A DNA stretch of 62,582 bases, the filler included. It is 7 parts of 7 records of this genome, joined end to end, with 100 filler letters (N's around TTAATTAATTAA, not from the genome) between each part and the next. Parts side by side here need not be neighbours in the genome. Positions count along the whole stretch, not along the records: positions 16,659 to 28,247 come from SRR31156797_11638; positions 28,348 to 37,778 come from SRR31156797_11665; 5 more parts are not named here. One strand, given 5' to 3'. This document shows, in pieces, positions 19,763-29,645 of this stretch. The first letter of the stretch is position 1. Every line of letters starts with the position of its first letter. The notes under the pieces are model-generated. The model had not been told where the DNA came from and did no database searches. It worked only from the letters and a program-made list of their open reading frames with translations. A program made the position numbers and the translations under genes.

Positions 19763-20839
19763 ATGGCAAAAACGATCGTACCTTTCGGACCGCAACATCC
19801 GGTTTTACCGGAACCGATCCACGTGTCCGTGACGGTGGAAGACGAAATCGTCACCAACGCCGTTCCGGCGCTGGGCTACGTCCACCGGGGATTGGAAACG
19901 CTGGCCGACATCCGCGACCACGTTCAGATGATTCAGGTCGTTGAACGCGTTTGCGGGATCTGCTCGATGATCCACGCCGCCTGTTACGTGCAGGGTATCG
20001 AAGAGATGATGAAAGTCGAGGTTCCGCGCCGCGCCGAATACCTTCGGGTGATCTGGTCGGAACTTCACCGGATGCATAGCCATCTTCTGTGGCTGGGCCT
20101 CTATGCCGATGCCTTCGGGTTCGAATCGCTGTTCATGCAGTTCTGGCGCATCCGCGAACGCGTCATGGACATCAACGAAGCCACCGCCGGCAACCGCGTG
20201 ATCATTTCGGTCAACGTCATCGGCGGTACCCGGCGCGATCTCGATGCCGATCAGTGCAAGTGGATCCTGAGCGAACTCAACGAGATCGAGAAGGAAATCC
20301 GGCAGCTGCAAAGCACCATGCTGAGCGACTACACGGTGAAAAAACGCACCGTCGGCGTCGGCGTCATCACCAAGGAGCAGGCGCTCGAACTGGGTGCGGC
20401 CGGACCGACCCTTCGCGGCAGCGGCGTCGCCCAGGACATGCGCATGCTCGGATACGGCGCCTATGACGACATGGGCTTCGAACCGATCGTCGAGAACGAC
20501 GGCGATTGCTACGCCCGCGGCGCCGTCCGCTTCCGCGAGACCCTGCAGGCGGTCGAACTGGTCCGCAAGGCCATCCAGGGCCTGCCGGAAGGCGAGATCG
20601 CCGTCAAGGTCCGCGGCCGGCCGAATGGCGAGGTGATGTCGCGGGTCGAACAGCCGCGCGGCGAACTGTTCTATTACATCAAGGCGAACGGGTCGAAGAA
20701 CCTGGACCGGCTGCGCATCCGCACGCCGACATTCGCCAACATCCCGCCGCTGACGGCCATGCTCCCGGGTATGGAACTGGCCGACGTGCCGGTGATCATT
20801 TTGTCCATCGACCCGTGCATCAGTTGCACCGAGCGATAA
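19763..20839 (+). CDS. echE: Ech [NiFe] hydrogenase large subunit
   Basis: PFGPQHP, ERVCGIC (L1) and DPCISCTER (L2, no C-terminal cleavage extension). Confidence 0.95.
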   Translation: MAKTIVPFGPQHPVLPEPIHVSVTVEDEIVTNAVPALGYVHRGLETLADIRDHVQMIQVVERVCGICSMIHAACYVQGIEEMMKVEVPRRAEYLRVIWSELHRMHSHLLWLGLYADAFGFESLFMQFWRIRERVMDINEATAGNRVIISVNVIGGTRRDLDADQCKWILSELNEIEKEIRQLQSTMLSDYTVKKRTVGVGVITKEQALELGAAGPTLRGSGVAQDMRMLGYGAYDDMGFEPIVENDGDCYARGAVRFRETLQAVELVRKAIQGLPEGEIAVKVRGRPNGEVMSRVEQPRGELFYYIKANGSKNLDRLRIRTPTFANIPPLTAMLPGMELADVPVIILSIDPCISCTER

Positions 20840-20855
20840 GAAGGGGCACAAAAAT

Positions 20856-21242
20856 ATGCCATTCATGACCCCGACCATCGTCAAGAACTTCTTCGGAAAA
20901 CGCGCCACGCGGATGTATCCGATCACCACGCGCGAACCTTTCGAGGACGCCCGTGGCGAGCTCTATATCGATATCAAGGAATGCAATTTCTGCACGCTGT
21001 GCGCGCGCGCCTGTCCGGCCCAGTGCATCACTGTCGACCGCGTCGAGGGAACCTGGGAATGCGATCCCTTCGAATGCGTCTATTGCGGTGTCTGTTCCGA
21101 CGTGTGCTCCCGCAACTGTTTGAACCAGCACGACAAATACCGGGCGCCGGTAACCGACAAATTCCTTATGCACGAACAGGGCGAAGTGAAGAAGAAACCG
21201 AAAAAAGCAAAAACGGAAGAAAAACCAACGCCGACTTCGTAG
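20856..21242 (+). CDS. echF: Ech hydrogenase 2x[4Fe-4S] subunit
   Basis: CNFCTLCARACP and CVYCGVCSDVC motifs. Confidence 0.92.
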   Translation: MPFMTPTIVKNFFGKRATRMYPITTREPFEDARGELYIDIKECNFCTLCARACPAQCITVDRVEGTWECDPFECVYCGVCSDVCSRNCLNQHDKYRAPVTDKFLMHEQGEVKKKPKKAKTEEKPTPTS

Positions 21243-21311
21243 GTCCCGTTCGTACTGGCCAGGGCGGCCGCCCAAGAAGCCGTCCGGCAAACAAAAGACC
21301 GTCAAGAATTG

Positions 21312-21339
21312 ACCCCGCCCATGCTTGGGCGGGGTTTTT
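21312..21339 (+). terminator. Intrinsic terminator of the ech operon
   Basis: ACCCCGCCCA-TGCT-TGGGCGGGGT followed by a T-tract. Confidence 0.8.
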
Positions 21340-21371
21340 CCACGGAAACGGGATCTACCACCGTCGCGCGG

Positions 21372-22499
21372 TCAAGGGATTCCCTGCCGGTCAGGTGTCT
21401 CGATGGATGCCGGATGGTCGACGCTCCTTTCGATGACCCGCGCGCCGTCTTGAGGCAACGCGACCGAAACCTTCTGATCCAGGGAAAAGATCTGTTTCCG
21501 TGAGGTCTGAACACGCAGTTCGAGGGACGCGGCGCCGTCAAGAACGACCACATAGTCGTTCCTCTCGCCAAGATATGTGACCTTCGTGATCGCGCCGACC
21601 GGTCGGCCGTTCGCCGCACCGCCGTTGGCCGGCGCCAGAACCAGGTCGTTGGGCCGGACGAAAACCAACACCTCGGTGCCGGGGGATGGCGCCGCCGTGG
21701 CGCTGATCGGCAGGCGTTCGGCTCCCATGCCCGCGATCTCGACCTCCACCGCCGAATCGGACACATCCGAGCGTGTGCGTGCCGGCAGGAAATTGGCGAG
21801 ACCGACGAAACCGGCGACGAAGCGGGTATCCGGCCGGTCGTAGATGTCGGACGGGCCTCCGACCTGTTCGATCCGCCCCGCATTCATCACGGCAATCCGG
21901 TCGGAGAGTGCAAGGGCCTCGCCCTGGTCATGGGTTACATACATCGTCGTGATTCCGAGCGCCTTTTGCAGCTCCTTGATCTCGAAGCGCATTTGCTCGC
22001 GCAGATTGGCGTCGAGATTCGACAGCGGTTCGTCCATCAGCAACACGGTCGGACGATAGACGATCGCCCGCGCAAGTCCGACCCGCTGTTGCTGGCCGCC
22101 GGAAAGCTGTCGCGGCAGCCGGTCGGCGAAATCGCTGAGGCGGACGGTCTCCAGCGCGCGGCTGACCCGCTGGTCGCGTTCCGCCCGGCCGATCCTGCGG
22201 ACCTTGAAGGGGAAGGCGACATTCTGGGCGACGGTCATGTGCGGCATGAGCGCGAAGCTTTGAAACACCATGCCGATGTTGCGCCGGTGCACCGGCCAAC
22301 CGGTCACGTCCTCGCCGCCGATCCGGATGCGGCCGTTTTCGGGTTTCAGCGAACCGGACACGCATCTCAACAGCGTCGTCTTTCCGCATCCCGAAGGGCC
22401 GAGAAGCGTCAACAGCTCGCCCTGGGCGACGGACAGCGAGATGCCGTCGACGGCGACGGTTCCGCCGAAGCGTTTTAAAATCTGGTCACAAGCGATCAT
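21372..22499 (-). CDS. ABC transporter ATP-binding protein (PotA/FbpC-like, TOBE domain)
   Basis: GPSGCGKT, LSGGQQQRV and DEPLSNLD. Confidence 0.93.
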   Translation of the reverse strand: MIACDQILKRFGGTVAVDGISLSVAQGELLTLLGPSGCGKTTLLRCVSGSLKPENGRIRIGGEDVTGWPVHRRNIGMVFQSFALMPHMTVAQNVAFPFKVRRIGRAERDQRVSRALETVRLSDFADRLPRQLSGGQQQRVGLARAIVYRPTVLLMDEPLSNLDANLREQMRFEIKELQKALGITTMYVTHDQGEALALSDRIAVMNAGRIEQVGGPSDIYDRPDTRFVAGFVGLANFLPARTRSDVSDSAVEVEIAGMGAERLPISATAAPSPGTEVLVFVRPNDLVLAPANGGAANGRPVGAITKVTYLGERNDYVVVLDGAASLELRVQTSRKQIFSLDQKVSVALPQDGARVIERSVDHPASIETPDRQGIP

Positions 22500-22710
22500 G
22501 GTTTGATTGCCTCGAAGTTACCGGGCAGCGCGGTCGAATTCGAACGCGCCGGGACGTAACCCAGACCACGGCGTGACTGCCCGAACCTGCACAATACCGG
22601 CCCGCGTCCTGGGCGCGGCGCCCGGCGACGGTAAACCGCCGCCGCCGGGTCTTCCGATGTCACAAGGGGTGCTCATCTCTTGCCGGCTCTCGAGACCGAC
22701 CAAGGGCTGC

Positions 22711-23829
22711 TTACTTGGTGAACTGCATGCCGTTTTCGCGGATCCAGGCATAGCCTTCCGCGTTGTCGACCATGGTGGACTTGATATTCTCCATCCGCGG
22801 AACCTTGGCCCAGGTCTCGCTCGGCACTTTGTCCCAGACGCTCTCGACGGCAGGATACTGGTACTGCTCCGTGAACATCTTGAGCTGGATGGGATCGGAG
22901 ATCACGTAGTTGACGAACTGCGCCGCGGCCTTCTTGCGCTCATCCGGGATGTTGCCCGGTACGAAGTAATAGAAGGGCAGGCCGTTGGCCCCCTCCTTGA
23001 GGTAGGTGGAGGCGAAAGTCTCCGGCACGCGACCGCGTTCCTGGGACCACATGGTGTAGTCGATCACGTAGTTGGTGATCCACACGTCGCCCTTCATCAT
23101 CTGTTCGAACAGCACCGGACCGCCACTGGCGGCGGGCTGGTGGAAGCACGCCGAGAACTCCTTGAATTTGGCGCCGGCGTCGGCCCAGGCCTGGCTCTTC
23201 TGTATTTGGTCGAAGGGTTGACCCCAATCGACTCCGAAGGCGCGCATGAAATCGTACATCATCGTCCGGCCGCCGGAGGATCCGGCATCGGTCGCGATAA
23301 ACCCGATATGGCCGCAATATTCGTCGCGGCGGTCCACCCACTCGGCAAAGCTGGTCGGCGGATTGGGGATTTTTTCTTTGTCGTAGAACAGCACGTACTG
23401 GGCGCGCCAGAACGGGATCAGCTTGCCCTTGGGATCGATGCCCTGCACGTTACCGAGCATCTCCTGCGTAATATTGCTGGCGTTCGGCACCAACTTGTTG
23501 GGATGGAGCGTTTCCATCGGAAAACCGTCGTCCAACGCCCGTAGTGCGAATTCGGGCCGGATGAAGACCACGTCGAAATCGATCTCGCCGCCGGCCTGTG
23601 CCTTCAAACGCTCGGATACGATCACATCCTTGCTGGTGACGTAGTCGACCTTGAAGGGAAGTTTCAGGTTGGCTTCGTCGAGCACTTCCTTCCAGAACGT
23701 GGCGTAGTTGGCGCCGGCGCCGGTGTTCAGGAACGTGATTTTGGGTTTATCCTGGGCGCCCGCGGCGCCCGACCAGACTACGAGAGGTACTGCGGCAATG
23801 GTGAGCAAATGCTTGGCATATTTCCACAT
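22711..23829 (-). CDS. ABC transporter extracellular solute-binding protein
   Basis: Signal peptide MWKYAKHLL...AGAQD; GGAG RBS; polyamine/iron-type SBP features. Confidence 0.85.
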   Translation of the reverse strand: MWKYAKHLLTIAAVPLVVWSGAAGAQDKPKITFLNTGAGANYATFWKEVLDEANLKLPFKVDYVTSKDVIVSERLKAQAGGEIDFDVVFIRPEFALRALDDGFPMETLHPNKLVPNASNITQEMLGNVQGIDPKGKLIPFWRAQYVLFYDKEKIPNPPTSFAEWVDRRDEYCGHIGFIATDAGSSGGRTMMYDFMRAFGVDWGQPFDQIQKSQAWADAGAKFKEFSACFHQPAASGGPVLFEQMMKGDVWITNYVIDYTMWSQERGRVPETFASTYLKEGANGLPFYYFVPGNIPDERKKAAAQFVNYVISDPIQLKMFTEQYQYPAVESVWDKVPSETWAKVPRMENIKSTMVDNAEGYAWIRENGMQFTK

Positions 23830-24033
23830 GGTACTTCTCCCCATATCGAGGCTGTGACTGTTGAGACAACTCCCAAAAGCCATGAAACCCGATGCCGGTT
23901 ACCGGCGTGTGATACGTCCGTGAAGCTTCTTTAATTTTTGCCGCGCACCGCCGCGATCGGCGCCACGCCAAGCCCGGCCGTCGCCGGGCGGACAGGCCGC
24001 GACGGTTCAACGGCGAGGCGAAATGATCAACGA

Positions 24034-24891
24034 CTAGGCGGCCTCGATGACGGGCGGGTCCAACGGCATGTCGACCGTCCGTTCGTAGCCGCCGGCCTTG
24101 ATGTCGTTGAAATCCATGCGCTCGAGCTCGAGCGGATAGATGGCATTCACCTGAACCGCATCGCCGTCGAACCGCCATTCGAGGTATCCGGGATGGGCGT
24201 TCAGGCCGGTGCAGCCGTCCTCGACCGCGGAGGTGGCCGGCGCCCAGTAGATGTCGCGTCCCAGCCATTTGTCCTTCTTGTGGACATGGCTGTGGCCGCA
24301 CGACAGGAAACGGACCGACGACGCTTCCAACAGCGAGGCGTACCGGGCCCGCGCCGCGGCGGTCATGCAGCGGAATCCGTCGTGCAGGCTGTCGGGGTCC
24401 TCCCGAAACGGCGGCTTGTGCTGGAAAATCCCGACCGGGCGGTCGCCGGCCTCGGAAAGCTCGCGCGCCAGCCACTCCCATTGCGGCTCCTCGGCATCGA
24501 TGCCGCTGCCCATGAGCTGGCTGTTGACTCCGATCAGGCGCCAGTTCCCCATGCTGATTGCCCAGTAGTCCGGGCCGAAATAGCGATGCCAGCGGGCCCG
24601 TCGCACCTCGTCGATGTATTCCTTCCTCGGTTGGCCGGGGGGTTCTTCGCCGATATCGTGATTGCCCGGCGTCGTCAGCAGCGGCGCCGCGATACGGGCG
24701 TGCTCCCTCGACGCGAATTTGAGCTCTTCGTCGCTGTTCGGGCCGTCGACGGATATATCGCCGGTGTTGATGACGAGATGCGGCGAGATTCGGTTGATCG
24801 CGTCGACCACCTTGCGGAAGTTTTGGTAGAAAATGCCGTGTGTCGGACTCAGATGGGTGTCCGAAATCTGGACGATATGAAGTTCGGCCAT
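24034..24891 (-). CDS. Calcineurin-like metallophosphoesterase (CpdA/Icc-like)
   Basis: SDTH, TGD, PGNHD, QHKP and GHSH metal-binding motifs. Confidence 0.9.
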   Translation of the reverse strand: MAELHIVQISDTHLSPTHGIFYQNFRKVVDAINRISPHLVINTGDISVDGPNSDEELKFASREHARIAAPLLTTPGNHDIGEEPPGQPRKEYIDEVRRARWHRYFGPDYWAISMGNWRLIGVNSQLMGSGIDAEEPQWEWLARELSEAGDRPVGIFQHKPPFREDPDSLHDGFRCMTAAARARYASLLEASSVRFLSCGHSHVHKKDKWLGRDIYWAPATSAVEDGCTGLNAHPGYLEWRFDGDAVQVNAIYPLELERMDFNDIKAGGYERTVDMPLDPPVIEAA

Positions 24892-24945
24892 GATGACGCT
24901 CCCTGCAATTCGGACGGATAACGATGGGTGCCTGATTGCTCTTGC

Positions 24946-25158
24946 CTAGGTCGTTGTCCTGGACACGCCGGTGACAACCCGGTTGAACATGTCCGCCATG
25001 GTATCGGCGGCGTGCCGGTCGTCCGAAACCAGGGCGAAGCGCACGCGTTCGGATGGCTGTTCCGTGGCGGCCGGCGGAACGTCGAAGATCACGTCATAGG
25101 TGCCGGCCGTATTTTCATCGACATGGAAGATCGATGAGGATTGGCGTTCGATTTTCAT
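24946..25158 (-). CDS. Small hypothetical protein (70 aa) inside the transporter operon
   Basis: GGAG upstream of ATG 25158; fills the gap between the permease and the phosphoesterase. Confidence 0.5.
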   Translation of the reverse strand: MKIERQSSSIFHVDENTAGTYDVIFDVPPAATEQPSERVRFALVSDDRHAADTMADMFNRVVTGVSRTTT

Positions 25159-25235
25159 CCTGCACACTCCAGAAATCTGCCGTTTGCGCCCGACCCGAAG
25201 GCGCAACCGATACAAGTGGTAGGGACGGCCATTGC

Positions 25236-26102
25236 TCAGGTTCCCTTGAATCCGCCCGTCAGTCGCTCAGGCTGAATCCAGCTTTGGAGCAGCAGAAGGA
25301 TCAGGACGGACGGGATGGAAAGAATCACCGAGACGGCCGCGGCGACGTCGAGGAAACCCTCCGAAATGTTGTTGAACGTCTCGACCGTGAGGGTTTGCGT
25401 GTTCGGCCCATAGGTCAGCATCGACAGCTCGAGCTCGTTGTAGGAAAAGGCAAAGGCGAAGACCATGGAAGCCAGGATCCCCGGCGCGGCGAGCGGCAGC
25501 ACGATGTGATAGAAAAGGCGCAGGCCGCTGGCACCGCAAACGCGGCCGGCCTCCAGCAACCTGTCGTCGATTCCGGCGAAGGCCGCGGTAATCAAGAGAA
25601 TGCTGTACGGCGCCAGCACCGTGACATGGGCCAGGGCGACGCCGATATGCGTGTCGATCAGGTCGAGCGAATAAAACAACCGGGCGGTGCCGACCGCAAA
25701 GGACAACGGCGGCATCAGCCGCGGCAGAAGCAGCAGTATCAGCACCAGCACGCGGACCCGCATCGGACGTTTCGCCAGCGCCCAGGCCGTCGGCAGCGCG
25801 ATCGCCGTGCTGATCGCGGTCGCCAGGAGCGCGATGATGATGCTGTTGGCCAGCACCGTCGGTACGTCGGTCAGCACCCAGGCGAACTCGTAGCCCTGAA
25901 ACCCTGTCTTTTCGGGCCACCAGGTGTCCCGCCAGATGGTAGCGAAGGATTTCACCGCAATGATGAGATACGGGGCAGGGATGATCACCGCGAAAGCGAT
26001 CAGGAAAGCTGCCGCCAGCAAAACCCGCCCTTCGAAAAGCGCGCGCCCGGCGGTGTCGAACATCTCGTAACGTCGTCCCAAGCGGAGAGCGGCTGTCGAC
26101 AT
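25236..26102 (-). CDS. ABC transporter permease
   Basis: Hydrophobic segments and EAA loop (LLEAGRVCGA). Confidence 0.9.
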   Translation of the reverse strand: MSTAALRLGRRYEMFDTAGRALFEGRVLLAAAFLIAFAVIIPAPYLIIAVKSFATIWRDTWWPEKTGFQGYEFAWVLTDVPTVLANSIIIALLATAISTAIALPTAWALAKRPMRVRVLVLILLLLPRLMPPLSFAVGTARLFYSLDLIDTHIGVALAHVTVLAPYSILLITAAFAGIDDRLLEAGRVCGASGLRLFYHIVLPLAAPGILASMVFAFAFSYNELELSMLTYGPNTQTLTVETFNNISEGFLDVAAAVSVILSIPSVLILLLLQSWIQPERLTGGFKGT

Positions 26103-26106
26103 CTTG

Positions 26107-27033
26107 TCAGCCCCGCTTCCTGCGCCGCGCCACGTTGCGGGCGAGATTTCCCTGGGTGAAGGCAAGGTAGACTCCGATCGCCGCGAGTTGAAGCACGCCC
26201 ATGGTGACGGCAACGGCGCTCGCCGCCTCCCACTTCCCGAACACCACCGCGTTCAGGTAGATCTCGAAGGACAGGATGCGCCGGGCGAGATCTCCGCCGA
26301 GGATGAGGGGGATGCTGAGGGCGCCGAAACACATCACGAAGGTGATGATGGAACCCGCAATGATGCCGCGCGCCGCGCCCGGCAGGATCACCGAGCGAAA
26401 GCGCAACCACGGTCCGGCACCGCAGACGGCCGCCGCCTCCTCCAGGTTCGGATCGATCGCCTCCATCGCCGCAAGCGCATTGATCGCGGTGAAGGGGAAG
26501 AGGACGAGCGCGTAGAAGAGGACAAGCCCCGGTGTCGTGTAGTTGATTCCCAGGGGTTCGCTGACAAAGGGCACGACGTCGATGAAAAAGCGATTGAACC
26601 ACCCCCAGCTCTCGAAAAACAGGAACAGACCGAAGGCGTTGACGATTCCGGGCAGAAGAAGCGGGGTAATGATCATTAGCCGGAAAAACCGATTGCCGGG
26701 CGGTTTGTGCCGTAGGATTTCGGCGAGCGGCAGGCTGATGATCGCCGCCACGACGGTCGCCGCAACGGCCAGGCCCAGGGTGTAGCCGAGTATGTCCCAT
26801 CCTTTGGCGGAACCGAGAAAGGCCTGGTAGTTCACCAGCCCGAACGCCTTGGTCGACGGATCCGTGAAGCTGCGGATAACCGCCGTGCTGGCGGGCAGGA
26901 CGAACAGCACCGCAAAGCCGATCAGGCCCGGCGCAAGCAGGAGGGCGGTCAAGGCCCCGCGCGGCAAGCTGTCCGACACGGTGTTCCTGGTCGCCGAGGC
27001 GCCTTGCAGCGCGGCAGTCGAGGACACGTCCAT
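26107..27033 (-). CDS. ABC transporter permease (start uncertain)
   Basis: Hydrophobic segments and EAA loop (LEEAAAVCGA). Confidence 0.88.
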   Translation of the reverse strand: MDVSSTAALQGASATRNTVSDSLPRGALTALLLAPGLIGFAVLFVLPASTAVIRSFTDPSTKAFGLVNYQAFLGSAKGWDILGYTLGLAVAATVVAAIISLPLAEILRHKPPGNRFFRLMIITPLLLPGIVNAFGLFLFFESWGWFNRFFIDVVPFVSEPLGINYTTPGLVLFYALVLFPFTAINALAAMEAIDPNLEEAAAVCGAGPWLRFRSVILPGAARGIIAGSIITFVMCFGALSIPLILGGDLARRILSFEIYLNAVVFGKWEAASAVAVTMGVLQLAAIGVYLAFTQGNLARNVARRRKRG

Positions 27034-27034
27034 C

Positions 27035-27118
27035 TCAGGCCTTTGCCGATGCGGCATGCCGCGCATCGGGGCACGCCGGCGGGACCGGCAGTGCGGCGAC
27101 GAAATAACGAGATGCCAT
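27035..27118 (-). CDS. Putative 27-aa leader peptide coupled to the first permease
   Basis: GGGGAGG 5 nt before ATG 27118; MASRYFVAALPVPPACPDARHAASAKA; TGA-G-ATG junction with 27033. Confidence 0.35.
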   Translation of the reverse strand: MASRYFVAALPVPPACPDARHAASAKA

Positions 27119-27378
27119 GTCATCCTCCCCTGGTCGATGCATGGACAATATGCGTTGAACGATAGCGTCGGTGTATGGTGCGACGATTACGTGCGTGTGA
27201 TGGAATGATGAACTTGCGGCTTGGCCGTGGTCCCCCGGTGGATGATCCGCCGTTGCGGGGAGGCCGCGGCGTCGGCTTCGGCATGGAAATAAACATCCGA
27301 TCCCGGGTGGGCGGGGTTTTTCCATGGGCATTTTCCGGCCGTCCGTCGAAAAACCCTCAAAATACAACAATAAAGTGT

Positions 27379-27397
27379 GAGAACGATTATCATTATC
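27379..27397. promoter_or_regulatory. Fur box
   Basis: Minus strand GATAATGATAATCGTTCTC matches the classical GATAATGATAATCATTATC at 17/19, in an AT-rich patch of a GC-rich contig. Confidence 0.75.
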
Positions 27398-27574
27398 ACA
27401 TAAAAATGGTGACTCCCGGGTATAAAAACCGGACAATGACCGAAAGAAGGCGCGGGGGAAACAAACCACCAGAAAAGTCGCGCCTTGAGGGATTCCCGTG
27501 CCCGGCCACTGGGGCAGACCAATTGTTCTTGGCCGCCCGGTATGGTTAGGATTTGATGGCGTTGTGGAAGCCCT

Positions 27575-28247
27575 ATGAACGACGACCCGACTGAAATTCC
27601 CGGTACAGACGAACCCGTTTCGGGCGGCCATCGGGCTGAGGCCTCCGATCCCGAAGGCGCGGTCCAGATCGCGCAGGCCGGACCCGTCGCCGCCGGCGAA
27701 GCGATCGGCCAGGTTGAAACGGTCGAGGGCACGGTAACGGTCCGTCATGCCGACGGCACCGAAGAAACCCTTCAGGCCGGGGATTCCGTCTACCAGGGCG
27801 ACGCGCTGGAAACCGGCGCCGACGGCGCCATCGGCATCGTCTTTATCGACGACACGACGTTTTCGCTGGCCGAAGACGCCGAGATGACCCTGGACGAGAT
27901 GGTCTACGATCCGGTCACTCAGGACGGATCATTCAAGGCGAGCCTGACCCAGGGTGTTTTCTCGTTCATCAGCGGACAGATTTCAAAAACCGACCCCGAC
28001 GCCATGACGATCGAAACGCCGGTGGCGACGATCGGTATCCGTGGCACCACCGGCGCCATCAATCTGCCGCCGGACGCGACGTTGACGGTGGTTCTGACCG
28101 CCGACGCCAACGGCGGTGTCGGTGAGATGACGGTCTTCAACGACGCCGGCGTGCAGGTTCTGAACGCGCCGTTCCAGGCAACCCAGGTTGCCGGTCTCGG
28201 CCTGTCGCCTTCGGGCACCTTCACCATGTCGGTCGAGCAGTTCAACA
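27575..28247 (+). CDS. FecR-domain protein, probable N-terminus of a large secreted protein (3' partial)
   Basis: IGQVETVEG...GDSVYQGD...FIDDTTFSL...TPVATIGIRGT. Confidence 0.85.
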
Positions 28248-28347
28248 NNNNNNNNNNNNNNNNNNNNNNNNNNNNNNNNNNNNNNNNNNNNTTAATTAAT
28301 TAANNNNNNNNNNNNNNNNNNNNNNNNNNNNNNNNNNNNNNNNNNNN
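28248..28347. other. Artificial contig linker
   Basis: N-run with TTAATTAATTAA. Confidence 0.99.
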
Positions 28348-28359
28348 ATTGTAAACTTG

Positions 28360-28376
28360 TGGTAGCGACGCAGGGA
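28360..28376 (-). other. att-like duplicate of a tRNA 3' end (tRNA-Met-like)
   Basis: Minus strand TCCCTGCGTCGCTACCA ends in CCA; the rest of a tRNA is absent. Confidence 0.55.
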
Positions 28377-28848
28377 ACCGCCCCAATGCTGCGTATACCA
28401 AGGTTTTCGGTGTTTCGCTATTGCCGAATTGGGAAAATATGTACCAAAGAAATGGACACGAAGTCAAGGGTAAAAAAGGGGATAAAATGAAGTTCCTACG
28501 CTCCTACTTTTTCAAAATTAAGGGTGGCAGTATTCACGTAGGAACGCTAAATGGGGCTGTAAAATTCCCCTACAAAAATTTGAGATAACGTCATCGTTCT
28601 GTCTTTGAGCAAATGCACGAAAACTATTATAAGTTTGTTGGATGGAATCCTGTGGTTGATTGAGATTAAAGGCAAGAAAAATAGACTCTTTTATACTTAT
28701 GAGACAATGTATTAAGCTTCTTAAATGTCGTTGTAAGGCTAACCCTATGCTTGCCTATGCGTTAAAGGTGAATCTCAATTTAAGGGGGTATTATATTAGT
28801 ATTTGCTATGGAAAATTATGACAGAGCCAGGCTTTTTATTTTTCCGTA

Positions 28849-29565
28849 TTATTTACGCCCAAAATCGGCAGGGATTTCGCCCCATGCCTTCGTTTCCCAT
28901 TTCAAGATTTTATTGTTGTATGAATTTTCTTTGAGCCATTTTTCAGCCCTGCCTATTAATTCAAACAGGTGTTCGGTTGATTCATCATTTTTGAATTTTG
29001 TTTTACAATGCTTCTTTTGAACCCAACCAATAGCAATCGTTGAATCTGAATAGATAGGCTTTGAAATCCCTTTATTTTTAAGCCATGCTAAACCATGAAC
29101 AAGAGCCAGAAATTCACCGATATTATTAGTGCCGTTTTTAAATGGACCTTGTTTAAAAATTCTCTCTTTTGTTTTGTTATATACGCCTTGATATTCCAAC
29201 GGTCCAGGGTTTCCAGAACAGGCCGCATCAACACAATATGAATCTTCAATAGGATGATCGCCTATTATAGGTATCTTTTCTTTAACTTTAACGTTCTTCG
29301 GTTTTGGTGGTTTAGTTTGCTTTGGTGATTCTTTTTGGGTGGTTGTAGTATGGGATTTTTCTGTATCTACCTGCTTTTTGAGCTTAGTTTTCTTGGATGA
29401 CTTTTTCTGGCCGTAGGCTTTTTTAGCTTCTTCTAAGGTTTTAAAAGACTTGAATTTCGCCTTAGAAAATCCATTTGTTTGGGCTTTGCATTCTTCCCAA
29501 GTCAAATAAATTCCGGGTTTATAGCCTTTCCAAACAACATAAAATTTTTGCTTTTTATTTGGCAT
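28849..29565 (-). CDS. rnhA: Ribonuclease H1 with an N-terminal viroplasmin (hybrid-binding) domain
   Basis: KFYVVWKGYKPGIYLTWEEC N-domain; VDAACSGNPG, TNNIGEF, IYSDS and WGEIPADFGRK. Confidence 0.9.
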   Translation of the reverse strand: MPNKKQKFYVVWKGYKPGIYLTWEECKAQTNGFSKAKFKSFKTLEEAKKAYGQKKSSKKTKLKKQVDTEKSHTTTTQKESPKQTKPPKPKNVKVKEKIPIIGDHPIEDSYCVDAACSGNPGPLEYQGVYNKTKERIFKQGPFKNGTNNIGEFLALVHGLAWLKNKGISKPIYSDSTIAIGWVQKKHCKTKFKNDESTEHLFELIGRAEKWLKENSYNNKILKWETKAWGEIPADFGRK

Positions 29566-29645
29566 AGAGTTTGTCAAAAATAATTAACAAGAATTTTTAA
29601 CCGTTCATTAAGTCCTGAAATCGTGCAGTTGGCTTAATAAAGCCT

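Larger units (their letters stand above)
21326..27327 (+). repeat. 20-bp direct repeat (1 mismatch) bracketing the ABC transporter block
   Basis: TGGGCGGGGTTTTTCCACGG (21326-21345) and TGGGCGGGGTTTTTCCATGG (27308-27327). Confidence 0.7.

Noticed and set aside
16607-28245. Many long alternative-frame and antisense ORFs in the GC-rich contig (e.g. 18724-19857, 19805-20929, 22507-23544, 25053-26159)
   Set aside because: They are shadow ORFs of well-supported genes, expected at high GC, with no recognisable motifs.
28360-28376. A complete tRNA gene
   Set aside because: Only 17 nt of acceptor/T-stem-like sequence are present, with no D or anticodon arm. Kept only as a possible att site.
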